NCBI GenBank assembly: GCA_051313645.2
Contig: JBNRSN020000003.1
Span: 422,468,001 to 422,532,000 of the forward strand
Origin: Centroscyllium fabricii
Taxonomy: Eukaryota
DNA: 64,000 nt
Reading direction: 5' to 3'
A model generated the notes under the pieces. The model was not told the origin of the DNA, did not search any database, and saw only the letters and a list, made by a program, of their open reading frames with translations. Shown here in pieces: positions 12,301 to 24,181 of the stretch; position 1 is the first letter of the stretch; the number at the start of each line of letters is the position of its first letter. The position numbers were made by a program, and so were the translations under genes.

Positions 12301-13833
12301 AAAAGCCTGGATAATTAGGCCAAGTTTAACTGCGGGAGGTATGCAGCCTTGCTGCTGGCTTTTGTATATTCATGACCCAGCTTTATTGATGGAAGGACGG
12401 CTTTCAGTGACACTGTCATTTGCAAGTTGAAAGGTAGGCAGTACTTGCACTCAGATGTGCCTTAAAGGGTCTTGCAAGAAGCTCATTTGGATGCTGATTA
12501 CATTCGCATCTGCATTTCTTTGTTTCAAACTGTTTGGTAGACATCTGTTAATTTTAAGAGAGTGGCTTTGTTGCTTCTCCTTGGAGGTTTAATACCATAG
12601 TTTAAATCAGCCCTTGTTTTAAAAATGTTCTTGTATTTCCTCTATAACCATTTTGACATTTGTCAAAAATCAGCTTCAAACAATTTGACACATAGGTTAT
12701 AACGGTAGTATATTATATAGTACGTGTTCATGTCAACTCTTTTGGGTTTGGAGAACATTTGGCTTCATTGTAATTATGACTGGTAGTAAGGGGGGTATAT
12801 TGAAGCTTACGGAGACTGTATAACCTTCTAGTTAGAAAGGCATTTAAAGTTCACGAGAATTTTTTTTTGCATCAGTAAATGATTTTATGTAGTCACATGA
12901 TGTAGTGCATCCTGTATAGTTGATGCTATTGTTCTGCTCGTTAAACCCGAACTAAACATAAACATTCCAATTTTGTCATCAAACAAATCAGCATTTTTCA
13001 TATGATGGAAATGGACGTGACACTTGTTCCGGTTTAAGCATTTTCCTCGCTCGTCAGCCACACAATTTATGGCTTAGGTTTGAAATTTATGCCTGCAAGC
13101 CCCATCTCTGTATTTACACCAATTAACACATAAACTCTAATTACCCAGATCAAGGGAGTTGGGAGTCCATAAATGGAAAGTGACATGGCACTGCTCGGCA
13201 GCTGGTTGAGTGGCAAGGTGACGATAAATAGGAAAGTATCAATTAGAAGACATTGATGGTGATGCATCTGTGAACTGGGATGGTAGGTGTTAGCAGCTTT
13301 AGGTATCAGTGTCTGCCTGTCTACAGCATGTGACTAGAAGACTTCAGGGCTGCTTAACTAATAATCACTTGCTGAAATTGAAACATTGAAGTTTTTCGAC
13401 TTTGGTACTTTTTCTGCACGTTATGTACTCGGTGTATTATGTACGTTAGTTTAAAATAAAATTTTAGTTAGTGAAAACTTGTTTTCCCCCTTTAAGTTTA
13501 CAAATGATGGATGGTTTTGCAAATAGAAGCACATAAAGCTGTTCTCCTCTGCTAGCCTTAGTTGGGGAGGCAAAGGTTCCAATAGCATTAATGCCACTTC
13601 ATAGGCAAATTGCTGGGAGTAATATTATGAATGGTGGAGGATGGAGTGAATACACAATTAATGTAAGATGGAGTGGGTGTGGTGTGCACAAGTAGCTCAG
13701 GATGGAGTTATTGTGCTATGCTGCAGGAAAGTGTCAGTGTAGCATACATGAACAGTAAAGGAAGAGATAGCTGTAGTATGCATGAGTAGTGTATATGGGT
13801 AGTATAGGAAGAGATTGGTGCAGTGCACACAAA

Positions 13834-14674
13834 GGTGGGGATTTTCATGTCCGCGTGAGGCGGGGTTTTGGGCGGTCCGGCCGGCAAAATAGCGGAACCG
13901 GCGGGTCCCGCCCAACCCCCCCCCCCCCCCGGCTGGATCCCCGCCGCTTTCTCATTTTCGCCCGCTCAGATTCCCCGCCCCGAAACCTTCCCGCCGCCGA
14001 CCGGCGGAGATGGGTTGTCACCTCGTTAGGGGCCCTTAATTCACATCTTTAATGCCATTTTAAGGGCCTTCAGCCATTTTGCCCTGTTTTCCGCCCTAAC
14101 CCCGCCACCTTAAACCCCGCTGGGTGAAACCCAGCAGGAGCACAGTGCTGGTTATTACTGTTGGACTATAATCTGGTGTTGTGTGACTTCTTGAATTGAT
14201 TACTTTCTCCTTTAAGGTGTGAAGGACATGCTGCCAAATGCTTGGCATGCCTCCAGCACCTTAAGTACCTCCGTTCTGGCTTCAGCATCAGCTGTGAACA
14301 GAAACTGAGCAATCTCAGTTCTCACCATGTCCTCACAGCCGGTGCGAGCTGTGAGGGATTCTGAGCCCGCCCGCCCACCTGTCAGTCACCAGGACTTGGC
14401 CTTTCCCATTGGCTCCACTCCACTGTGATGTCACAGTGGAGGGTTTCCATGGGAACTGACAACAACCAGTGCTGGAACTGTCAATCAAACTCCTCGCAGC
14501 TCTGCTGCAGCCCGACTCGATTGACCTAATTACCTCCTGCTGCCGCCGACGGAGATTTAACAAGCTCATTAAACTAAAATTGCGTGGGCTTCCCAGCTGT
14601 TTGAGCAGACGGGACTGGAAGCCGCCCAGACCAATACTCGCCAGGTTCCCGCCCTTCCGGAAAAATCCCCCCCC
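13834..14674 (+). mobile_element. PIF/Harbinger-like MITE
   Basis: TIRs GGTGGGGATTTT / AAAATCCCCCCCC with TSD AAA. Homologous to 5703-6689. Contains a ~35-bp Penelope tail fragment at 14158-14193. Confidence 0.8.
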
Positions 14675-16511
14675 AAACAGTGGATAAAGAGATTAGTGCA
14701 CTCAAGTAGTACAGGAGGAGACTGTGCATTTGGGTGGTGCAGGATACGATCCAAATTCCCACCTAGGACCAATTTTCCACTTTCTCAGACAAGCTGAGTG
14801 TACTGAGGCTTACTCTCTGGTAAAAGCCCAAGTACGATTGTCAATTGAGCCTAAGATTTGAAGACAACTACGACAGTGCTTGGGAGTGATGGAGTTCTGA
14901 AATATCAAATACATCTTTGGCCAAACCTAGTCATTTAAATAAATTGATACAATACATAAAAAGTAACGCAAAGCTTGATAATAGGGGCATTCGTTTAAAG
15001 GAGTAATTTCAGGAACCAAGTTATTCTTCATTCTACAGTGCTTAGTTAATAGGAGTGTTTGGATAAAAGAAACACTTTGCTCACCACAGGGTGCTCTAAT
15101 TAAGAGGCTTCCATTGTAATTATAACTGAAAGAGGCCAATTTGACTGGAGAAATTGGTTTTGATTACGAGAGCATAGTCCACCTTGTCTGAATGGAATAG
15201 TCCAGCCGCATACTGATCTAAGCTCCCAAATATCCAATCAAAATCGAAACGGTTCTCTATTCGTTAATCTGATACATTCTTTAGCCTAGAAATAATAAAA
15301 ACTTCTAACCCTTTGAGAATAAAAGACAGTTTAAGTTCTTTGTTTATTGCTATTTATAATATTCAGAAGATTGCTATAGAAGATCCAAAATCCCAACATG
15401 CCTGATGATGAGGTCAGTGCCCTGAACATAGAATAGGCATCGATCCTGGGACCTGCCTGGACTGTAACACTCAGCACCGCACCACATAGCACATTTAACA
15501 CTGCGCTCTGTTTTCAAATTAATCCTTTCAAGAACATTTCTACATCATGATTAGTAATACTACAAGACAAACATTTCCTGTTGCTCCAGAATTTGTAATA
15601 TAAGAGACAAATATTCAGAATAAAGCTTTGGCTTTATTTAAGTTCAGGGATGGATGCTGAAATTGAATCTATTTTTTGGGTTTTATTTGACTGCTCTGAT
15701 TATTCATACTTTGGATCATCAGAAGATTGGGGGGAATACAATCAACATGGATTCGACCTTCCAACATGCAAGAGATGGAATTAATTGTGGTTCATTGCAT
15801 CACCGGTTGTTTTATTGTCTTCTGTGGAAGAATGCAGGGCGAATGTCAGGTAGTCAATAAATGAGTGGTGTTTTGCACTGTTTATTGAAAGAATTGTAAT
15901 AATGCTACAGCTGAATCCTGCTAAACACATAATTTGGAGAGAAATGGCGTGCTTGGATTAGAATGGTGCTTTGGTCAGATCTCTTCATTTATTCAGATTA
16001 CTGTGTGCTTTGTAAGATTTCTTTGTCTAATGTAGCTTTTATACAGAAGTACAGTAATAACCGAGCTGTAGATAATGTTGCAGTCTGTGGTATGTTAAAT
16101 ACCCGACAGAAGGTCCATTAACATAAATGTTTTAATCAGAGACACAATGTTATGTATCTAAATTAAAACGTTTTGTGCATCAGTCTGCTGCAAAAGGCAG
16201 CATTGTAATAATTAAACATTTTTGCTTCGTTAAATTTTTTTTCCCAGGGCAACATTTCAAAAGTAATACATTGTGTTGATACAACTTCATGGGCCTTTGT
16301 AAATGGCATCTTTTTTTCTGTTACCAATAAAATTCCTTCTACCGCATCCTTTTCATCTTTTGTTTTTGTCATAGTGACCTGTTTGTCATTTTAGAATATG
16401 AAACATGACCCAATGTTCAACATGTCATTTACCTGAAAAGACGGGTGATTTGAGGGACATGGAGCAGTTCTTTAACAGAGTGCACAGATTCGCTTCAGGG
16501 CTGAGTGATAG

Positions 16512-16707
16512 NNNNNNNNNNNNNNNNNNNNNNNNNNNNNNNNNNNNNNNNNNNNNNNNNNNNNNNNNNNNNNNNNNNNNNNNNNNNNNNNNNNNNNNNN
16601 NNNNNNNNNNNNNNNNNNNNNNNNNNNNNNNNNNNNNNNNNNNNNNNNNNNNNNNNNNNNNNNNNNNNNNNNNNNNNNNNNNNNNNNNNNNNNNNNNNNN
16701 NNNNNNN
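16512..16707. other. Assembly gap (196 N)
   Basis: Run of N characters. Confidence 1.
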
Positions 16708-17817
16708 CTGAGCGAGTGTGCCATTACTGGTAGCATTACTAGGATGAGCAGTACTCAGCAGTGATGGCATTTCTGTTGGAGAGCTTAGGTGGGACAAAAG
16801 TTCATAACACTCTTAGCAGAACCAGGTCTGACATGTTTTAGCTCTGAAACCGTACAAGCCACTTGTGTGTTCGGGCAGCTGTATGCTGCAATGCATTTGC
16901 AGGCTAGGTATTGGACTCATAAACATCAGTTCATTTTGTGTGACAACCTGCAGCGACGTTGGCAGAATGGCAGAGTCTGTTTTATTTATACAACGATAAA
17001 TTATAAAATACATTTTGTGTGCCTTAAAAAGTCTCAAGGCAATTGGAAATAAACTCGGGTCTAAACAAATCTGAGCTGGAAAGGGTATGTGGAGGCTCAA
17101 CTCTTGCACATTTTTAAGTGCAAACAGTAATTCCTTTGAATAGTGTTCGTTGATGAAGGACAACCTACAACCCAACATGCATTGCTTTTAACCTAATTAA
17201 CAGGAATCAACTCATTTAAATGTAATCTCTTTTCATATTAATGTGCTGTTTGTGTGACTGCCTAAGCTCGATGTAAACAGTCAGACCAGGATTTAGTGAC
17301 CCAACGCTGCGACTTGAGTTGACCCTGTGCTGCAGGGTAGGAGCCAATGAAAGATTAAGCATTCTGCCTTCCAGTAACATTTTGAATAGGATCTATTCCA
17401 GTTTAATTTTTTTAGGCCTGCATTACGTGCCTTGTATTTTAAAATATCTGTCAAGAAAAATAACGTCTGCTATGACGAACGGCATAAATTTTCAAAATTA
17501 CTCTTAACTAAAAGAGCTTAGATTCAGTGCTTTTGTAATTAACTAATTATTCCAACTTAATCTGCCCTATTCTGTATCTTACGTAGCGTTGAATAGATGA
17601 AGAAAAAGCCAGCATTTAGAATGTTCCTAGTTTTCCTCATTTAATGTGCAAAAATATTTCAAATCACTGGCCATCGATTGCTCTTGACATCTATGAAGGT
17701 GAATTTGAGCTGCGGAAATGGGTTTTGTATATGTCTGAAGGAGAGAATTCAACAGAACCAGGCAAATTACTGTAATTTAAAGAGAGTGTAATTTACAGAC
17801 TGCCTTCAGGCTAATGC

Positions 17818-17841
17818 AGAGAGAGAGAGAGAGAGAGAGAG
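17818..17841. repeat. (AG)12 microsatellite
   Basis: Read directly from the sequence. Confidence 0.95.
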
Positions 17842-18160
17842 GCCAAGGATGTTCAGAGCGAGTGAAAATCAGTTCCCCTCGAAGGGAAATGTGTGCACAG
17901 GCATTGATTGTTGCCTAGTTGTATCTTTTGTTCTTGACTAGAAATGAGTTGTATTTCTATTTAAAGAAATTGATATGTAGTCCTTGATTTGATTACTGAT
18001 TGAACTGAAGCCTGTGAAAAGGAAATGGCTTACCACAGTAATATTTTATAATACACAATATTCTGCCCCTCTTGTGCTCCCGATTTCACCATTTACAAAC
18101 TGTAAAGTTACCAGAGACATATTTTGCTTTGAAAGGTGCAGGCACTGTTGTCGATACAAT

Positions 18161-18852
18161 GGGCGGAATTTTCTGAGGTAAGAGCGTGTGAGTTGGGGCG
18201 GGGGGGTCGTGAAAGTTGAAAAAATGTGAACTCCGACTCACCCACTTTCATCTTTCACTCAGGTGGGACAGGGGAGCGGGCTGCCAACCCGCTGCCAGGA
18301 GGCGGGTTGCCAATTTAAATATGACAATGAGGCCTGAAGCCTCGACTTTAACCTGCTTTGCCGGTTTTACTGCCGGCGGCCTGGGATCCCGGGGCTCGAG
18401 ATTCTCGGTGACTGCAACGCGACGGCCTCAGCCTCGGGGAGCAATGCTTGTGGGCCAGGAGGAGCAGGAGAGCTGGCCCCCCCCAAGCTCCCCCACCATC
18501 AGCCCACACACCCCCGGGATCGCAACTCCACCCCCACCCCAGGGACAGGGATCGGAACATCCGTCACGGGATTGGACTACCCCCCACCCCGGGGACAGGG
18601 ATCGGAACACCCGCCACGGGATTGGACTACCCCCCCCCCCCCGGGGACAGGGATCTGAACACCCGTCACGGGATTGGACTACCCCTCCCCCCCCCAATCC
18701 CGGGGACAAAAATCGGAACACCCGCCAGGGGTTTGGACTACCCCCAACCCCCGGATTTGGACACGTTAAAACTCCACAATGTGCCGGGAAACCTGACATT
18801 CCGGGTTTCCCACCGTCTCCCAGGTTCCCCTGGACCTGGGAAAATCCAGCCC
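18161..18852. mobile_element. PIF/Harbinger-like MITE with an internal GC-rich minisatellite
   Basis: Termini GGGCGGAATTTTC / GAAAATCCAGCCC, flanks AAT / AAC. Internal repeats of GGGACAGGGATCGGAACACCCGCCACGGGATTGGACTAC(C)n at ~18540-18750. Confidence 0.72.
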
Positions 18853-19006
18853 AACGCCAGATATCTTTTTTGTTTACACTGACAACAAAATGTGTATTGT
18901 CTTCCTATGCTATTAGCTATAATATTAAATTCCATGCAGTAAACAATGTGTAACAAAAGCAAACACAATTAGTTACATTCATTTCATTTATTAAAGTAAA
19001 GGGCCT

Positions 19007-19761
19007 GGGGGGAGAAATTGGATCGCGCCGCCTTTGGGGCTCTTACTTCGCCGGGGTGCTACTTTTAGCACCCTGAAAAAGTTAGCGCCCCCGTGCCTAA
19101 AATTGAATGGTAACGCCCCAAGCAGGAGGCGGGGTGCTACTGGGAGCACTCCCCCTCTCTCTTGGGGCGCACCCATTGAATATCGCGGTGCTACATGCAG
19201 CAGCGCTACGTGCAGCAGCGCCACACGCGTCGGCATGTAGCGCCGCGGTATTGTAGGCCTTCATCCCTTGATTAAAGGGGAGGGGACTAGCGCAGCGTGC
19301 ACCAGGGCCCTGCTGGACCCTGGTGCACGCTGGGAGCCGGGTGCCAGTAAAAGAGCCTGGCACTCAAGAGGAGTGCCGGGCTGACTGATTGCGACGGCAC
19401 CCTGCAGGGGGAGGCGAGAGGGGGCAGTTGCTGGCAGGCGGCCCCAAAAAATGGCTGCCCGGCTGGCACCTGCCCTTTAATTTGCGCCGCCCCGGCCACA
19501 AAAACGCCACCCTGACCGTGTCGGACATAGCATCCGGCGGTAGGTCAGGGGGCGCGAGCCAAGTTTACGGCCGGGGCGCGAGTGGGTCGCTGCACACGGC
19601 GAAGACATCATCGCCGGAGGCGTGGGGTGCTACTGGCTACCGCCGCCGCTAACCTCCCGCTGAAGTTCGCGGATGGCGTTAGCAGCGTCACGCCCGGGCA
19701 CTGGGGGCTTTGCACCCAGTTAGCGCCAACAGGAGACACAAAGCAACCGAATTTCACCCTC
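19007..19761. mobile_element. GC-rich non-autonomous DNA transposon (Harbinger-like termini)
   Basis: Termini GGGGGGAGAAATT / AATTTCACCCTC. Related, in reverse orientation, to 28506-28860. Confidence 0.6.
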
Positions 19762-19816
19762 ACATAGAAAAAAATGTTAATTGTGCTGGATTCTTACAAT
19801 TAAGGGATACTAATTT

Positions 19817-22200
19817 TCATTTCATACAATGCGTGCAGGAAGGTTTCCTGACACAGTACGTGGAGGAACTAACAAGGGGTGGGGCAACCTTGGACCTGGT
19901 TCTGGGAAATGAACCAGGCCAAGTGGTAGAACTGGGGGTAAGGGAGCACTTTGGGGACAGTGACCACAACTCGGTGACGTTCACAATAGTAATGGAGAAG
20001 GATAGGAGCATGAGGCAGGGTAAGGTATACAGCTGGGGAGGGGAAATTACGACAGGGTTTGGCAGGATTTAGGAAACCTCGATTGGGTACGGGAACTTGC
20101 TGGGAGGGGAACAGAAGAAAAATGGAGCGTGTTCAGGGAGCAAATTATGAAAGCCCTGGATAAGCATGTCCCGAGTAGGATGGGAAACAAGGGAAAGATG
20201 AGAGAACCGTGGATCACGAAAGAGGTAGAACATTTAGTAAAGAAGAAGAAGGAGGCATATGATAGAATGAGAAAGCAGGGTACAGCATGGGCGGGAAAGG
20301 AGTACAAAGAAGCAAGGAAAGAACTGAAGAATGGGCTAAGGAAGGCAAAGGGAGGGCATGAGAAGGCATTAGCGGCAAGGATAAAGGAGAACCCTAAGGC
20401 TTTTTATGCTTACGTAAGAAATAAAAGGATGACTAGGATAAGAGTAGGGCCGATCAAAGACGGCAAGGGAGAAATGTGCACGGAGTCAGAGGAAATTGGG
20501 GAAGCACTAAATGAATATTTTGCGTCCGTGTTCACAAGGGAGAGGGGACTAAAAGTAGAGGAGGAGTGCAAGATACAAGGGGAAAGGATGGGGGAAGTAA
20601 ATATTCAGAGGGAGGAGGTATTAGATATTTTGGAGAAACTGAAGGTAGACAAATCTCCTGGGCCGGACGGGATATATCCAAGGATTCTCTGGGAAGCGAG
20701 GAATGAAATCGCAGAGCCACTGACCTCTATTTTTAGTTCCTCGCTATCCTCGGGGATAGTCCCTGAGGACTGGAGAGAGGCGAATGTGGTTCCCATATTT
20801 AAAAAGGGGAGCAGGGACGAGCCAGGGAACTACAGACCAGTCCGCCTTACCTCGGTGGTCGGAAAGGTGATGGAAAGGGTCCTGAGGGACAGGATCTACG
20901 ACCATCTGAAAAGGGGCAAATTAATCAGGAGCAGTCAGCACGGATTCGTTAAGGGCAAATCGTGCCTGACCAACCTGATAGATTTCTTTGAGGAGGTGAC
21001 CAAGTGTGTGGACGAGGGAAAGGCGGTTGATGTCATATACATGGACTTCAGCAAGGCGTTCGACAAGGTCCCGCACGGTCGACTCATGAAGAAAGTAAGG
21101 AGTTGCGGGGTAAACAAAGAAGTAGTGGGATGGATTGAGAACTGGCTGGCTCAGAGAAAGCAGAGGGTAGTGGTAGAGGGCCAATACTCGGGTTGGAGAC
21201 CGGTCACCAGTGGGGTGCCACAGGGGTCGGTGTTGGGGCCACTACTATTTGTGATCTTTATCAATGACTTGGAGGAGGGGACTGAGGGGTGGGTCAGCAA
21301 GTTTGCAGATGACACAAAGATTGGGGGAGTAGTGGACGAGGAGGAAGGAAGTAGAAGGCTTCAGAGGGATATAGATAGGATGCAGAGCTGGGCTGAAGAA
21401 TGGCAAATGGAGTTCAACACGGGGAAATGCGAGGTGATACACTTCGGTAGGGCAAATAGGAATAGGGAATATAGGGTCAACGGCAGGGTCCTGAGCGAAG
21501 CAGAGGAGCAAAGGGATCTGGGAGTATATGTACACAGATCATTGAAGGCTGCCACCCAGGTGGATAAGGCAGTAAAAAAGGCCTATGGTGTATTGGCTTT
21601 CATCAACAGGGGAATAGAGTTTAAGAACCGGGAGGTCATGCTACAGCTGTACAGGTCACTGGTGAGGCCACACTTGGAGTACTGTGTGCAGTTCTGGGCA
21701 CCGTACTACAGGAGGGATGTGGAGGCGTTGGAGAGGGTACAGAGGAGATTCACCAGGATGCTGCCGGGAATGGGGGGAAAGTCGTACGAGGAGAGGTTGA
21801 GGGAGCTGGGACTCTTCTCCCTGGAGCGGAGAAGGAAGAGGGGGAACTTGATAGAGGTGTTTAAGATGATGAAGGGGATCGATAGAGTAGACGTGCAGAG
21901 ACTGTTTCCCCGGGTGGCAAGAACGACAACAAGAGGGCACGAACAAAAGATTCAAGGAGGAAGATTCAGAAGGGATGGCAGGGGCAAGTTCTTTACACAG
22001 AGAGTGGTCGGGGAGTGGAATAGGCTACCATCTGAAATAGTGGATGCGGACAGTCTGGGAGCTTTTAAAAGGATGATAGATAGGTACATGGAGGGGAAGG
22101 AAGAGTAGGGGGGACAGGAAAAATCAGAGATGGACTAAGCGCGGTACTACATTGAGGGCCCAAGGGCCTGTACAGTGCTGTATAATCTATGTTCTATGTT
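19817..22200 (+). mobile_element. Young 5'-truncated CR1-clade LINE
   Basis: Endonuclease C-terminus (TRGGATLDLVL...GDSDHN), then the RT ORF, a short 3' UTR and a (TTCTATG)n tail. Confidence 0.95.
20129..22108 (+). CDS. CR1 ORF2 reverse transcriptase region, 659 aa open frame (element 5'-truncated)
   Basis: KSPGPDGI, NYRPV, QHGFVKGKSC, DFSKAFDKVPH, GVPQGSVLGP, KFADD, HLEYCVQFW. One frameshift near 20033-20043 separates it from the endonuclease part. Confidence 0.9.
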   Translation: MFREQIMKALDKHVPSRMGNKGKMREPWITKEVEHLVKKKKEAYDRMRKQGTAWAGKEYKEARKELKNGLRKAKGGHEKALAARIKENPKAFYAYVRNKRMTRIRVGPIKDGKGEMCTESEEIGEALNEYFASVFTRERGLKVEEECKIQGERMGEVNIQREEVLDILEKLKVDKSPGPDGIYPRILWEARNEIAEPLTSIFSSSLSSGIVPEDWREANVVPIFKKGSRDEPGNYRPVRLTSVVGKVMERVLRDRIYDHLKRGKLIRSSQHGFVKGKSCLTNLIDFFEEVTKCVDEGKAVDVIYMDFSKAFDKVPHGRLMKKVRSCGVNKEVVGWIENWLAQRKQRVVVEGQYSGWRPVTSGVPQGSVLGPLLFVIFINDLEEGTEGWVSKFADDTKIGGVVDEEEGSRRLQRDIDRMQSWAEEWQMEFNTGKCEVIHFGRANRNREYRVNGRVLSEAEEQRDLGVYVHRSLKAATQVDKAVKKAYGVLAFINRGIEFKNREVMLQLYRSLVRPHLEYCVQFWAPYYRRDVEALERVQRRFTRMLPGMGGKSYEERLRELGLFSLERRRKRGNLIEVFKMMKGIDRVDVQRLFPRVARTTTRGHEQKIQGGRFRRDGRGKFFTQRVVGEWNRLPSEIVDADSLGAFKRMIDRYMEGKEE

Positions 22201-23961
22201 AGTGTACTCAGTAAAAAAAAGTAAGATGTCTTGCTTAGAGCAGCAGGAACTTTGGTTCAGTTTAAGACTGCACCATTGGGCAGCATCAGAATTTCTTTAA
22301 TTTATGCAGGCCATACATTGGCTCTCCTGGTATTAAGGTATGGACCTTCTTCTCTCCCACCCAACTAACCCTGTCTGCATCACAAAATCATTGCCAGTAC
22401 TTAGATGATGACTGCAGACATGGAAGTGCTACGAGTATTGGGGTAAGTCCTCCATTGTCACCTTGTTGTAGAAGGCAAGGAAGAAACCTTGTGCTCCAGG
22501 CTCACTATTGTGCCATGCTTTGATGCGAAAAAGCACTTTTGCCGCTTCCCTTTCCGGCACACACGCGAGCACGTTGTATGGATAGTATTATTAGAAACAA
22601 CTAAGATCTGAAATTTCTTGTGGTTCTTTCTGTAGTTGATGCCCTTTGCGATGTTCATGTGAATCAGATTGCACTGTAAAGTCGGCCCTGTTGTCGTTTT
22701 GTATTAAAATAGCCGAGTGTTAATGGAGAAACTGCTAATGTCAGTATAATAATATTAACCACGAAACAATAAAAAAAAAATCTCTACATTAAAAAAAACC
22801 AAAGTTATGAAAGAAAACAAGGTACACTGCTCTGACAGGCAGGCGCACCATTCCAAACCTGTATTTGTTTAGTGGTAAAGTAATTTTACCTCTTTAGCTG
22901 GTCTTTCTGCAAATTATATCCCATTGTATTAGGCAGTTTGCATATGTCCAGGGTAATGTTCATATTTGTGGTCAGACTCAAAAAGTGAATTCTAACATGT
23001 GTATTCGGAGAGGCTTGCTGGCTATTTCCTCTCTCCCCATCCCCATATCCTCTTCATTATGCTATTCGTCGGCTGTGCAGTTGCAGTCTTTACAAAGCAA
23101 AAGAGATAACTCAGCATGCTTCCATACATATGAAATTGTGTTTATGTCGCCTATTAAAAGCTTGTTAGAAAGGCATGGATTTCTACTGGTGACAGTCATA
23201 AATTATAAACATTATCTACAAATGTGGCTGCAATATTCCAATCCAAAACGAGGAAAGAAAACATTATTTTAAAACTGCAAATACTGGTTTGCAAACTAGT
23301 AAGATGGACGTTTGATATTTTTGTAGCATCTCTGAATATGCAAGTAACAATTCTGAAGAATTGGTGGGATGATCCTAACTTGGAATTTGTTTAAGAAATG
23401 GCTGAAAAATTAGATTTTTGTTGGGAATGTTTATCCTATGTTGCAGGATAAGCTTTGATTGAAATGCCCTTAATTTATAAAATGAATAACTTGTTATGCA
23501 GCTGCAAGCCTCAGCAACACGCAGACATTGAATTGAAAGCCCTGTTGATGTGGCCAGGAGCTATAGTTCAGTGTGTTTCCATTTATTCAGTTTTCCTGCC
23601 AGCGGAACATGTGAAGCAGTTTCTGTGCTTAAAGGGTTAATGGTGCAGCACTAGTCAGGCTAACTTTTGGCCTCTGTTTGACCCCTTTGTGGGGATGAAT
23701 TCCTTGAATACTTGCAGTATCAAGTCATCTTAATGTTGAGAGGAGCAAGGCAGGGGCACTCCAAAAAAAATCTGCCCAAGCTGATCCAGTAGTGAATTTA
23801 CTTTTTGCAACAAGGTACAGGTACACAATCCTTTTTCCGCAACTCCAAAAACCGAAATCCCGAGTTGCGCCAAAACAACCATTTTTTTCTTAAATAAATT
23901 GAAGGAAGTGACCAGCTGCAGCAGAAAAAATATGTTTTTACCTTGAGTTTGTGCTGTTGAT

Positions 23962-24062
23962 GAAAGCTTGTGATTTCAAATAAAACTGTTGGACTATATA
24001 ACCTGGTGTTGTGTGACTTCTTACATTTGTCCACCCCAGTCCAACACCGGCAGCTCCACATC
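23962..24062 (+). mobile_element. Penelope-like 3' tail fragment nested in a MITE
   Basis: GAAAGCTTGTGATTTCAAATAAAACTGTTGGACTAT...CCAACACCGGCAGCTCCACAT matches 9278-9375. Confidence 0.8.
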
Positions 24063-24105
24063 AGGAAAAAAACGGCCGATCTCCTGTTCCAAACGGCCGA
24101 AATGC

Positions 24106-24181
24106 CTGAAACGTCAACTCTGCTCCTCTCTGCACCGATGCTGCCTGGCCTGCTGAGTTTCTCCAGCATTTTCTGTTGTTG
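24106..24181 (+). mobile_element. Probable 3' tail of a second Penelope-like family
   Basis: CTGAAACGTCAACTCTG...GATGCTGCCTGGCCTGCTGAGTTTCTCCAGCATTTTCTG resembles recalled chondrichthyan Penelope tails. Absent from the sister MITE copies. Confidence 0.55.

Noticed and set aside
16405-16797. ORFs spanning 16405-16797
   Set aside because: Artefacts of the N gap.
18216-18953. 245-aa proline-rich ORF
   Set aside because: It arises from a GC-rich MITE and its minisatellite, with no domain motifs. The same applies to ORFs at 37736-38115, 42456-42928 and 55389-55940.
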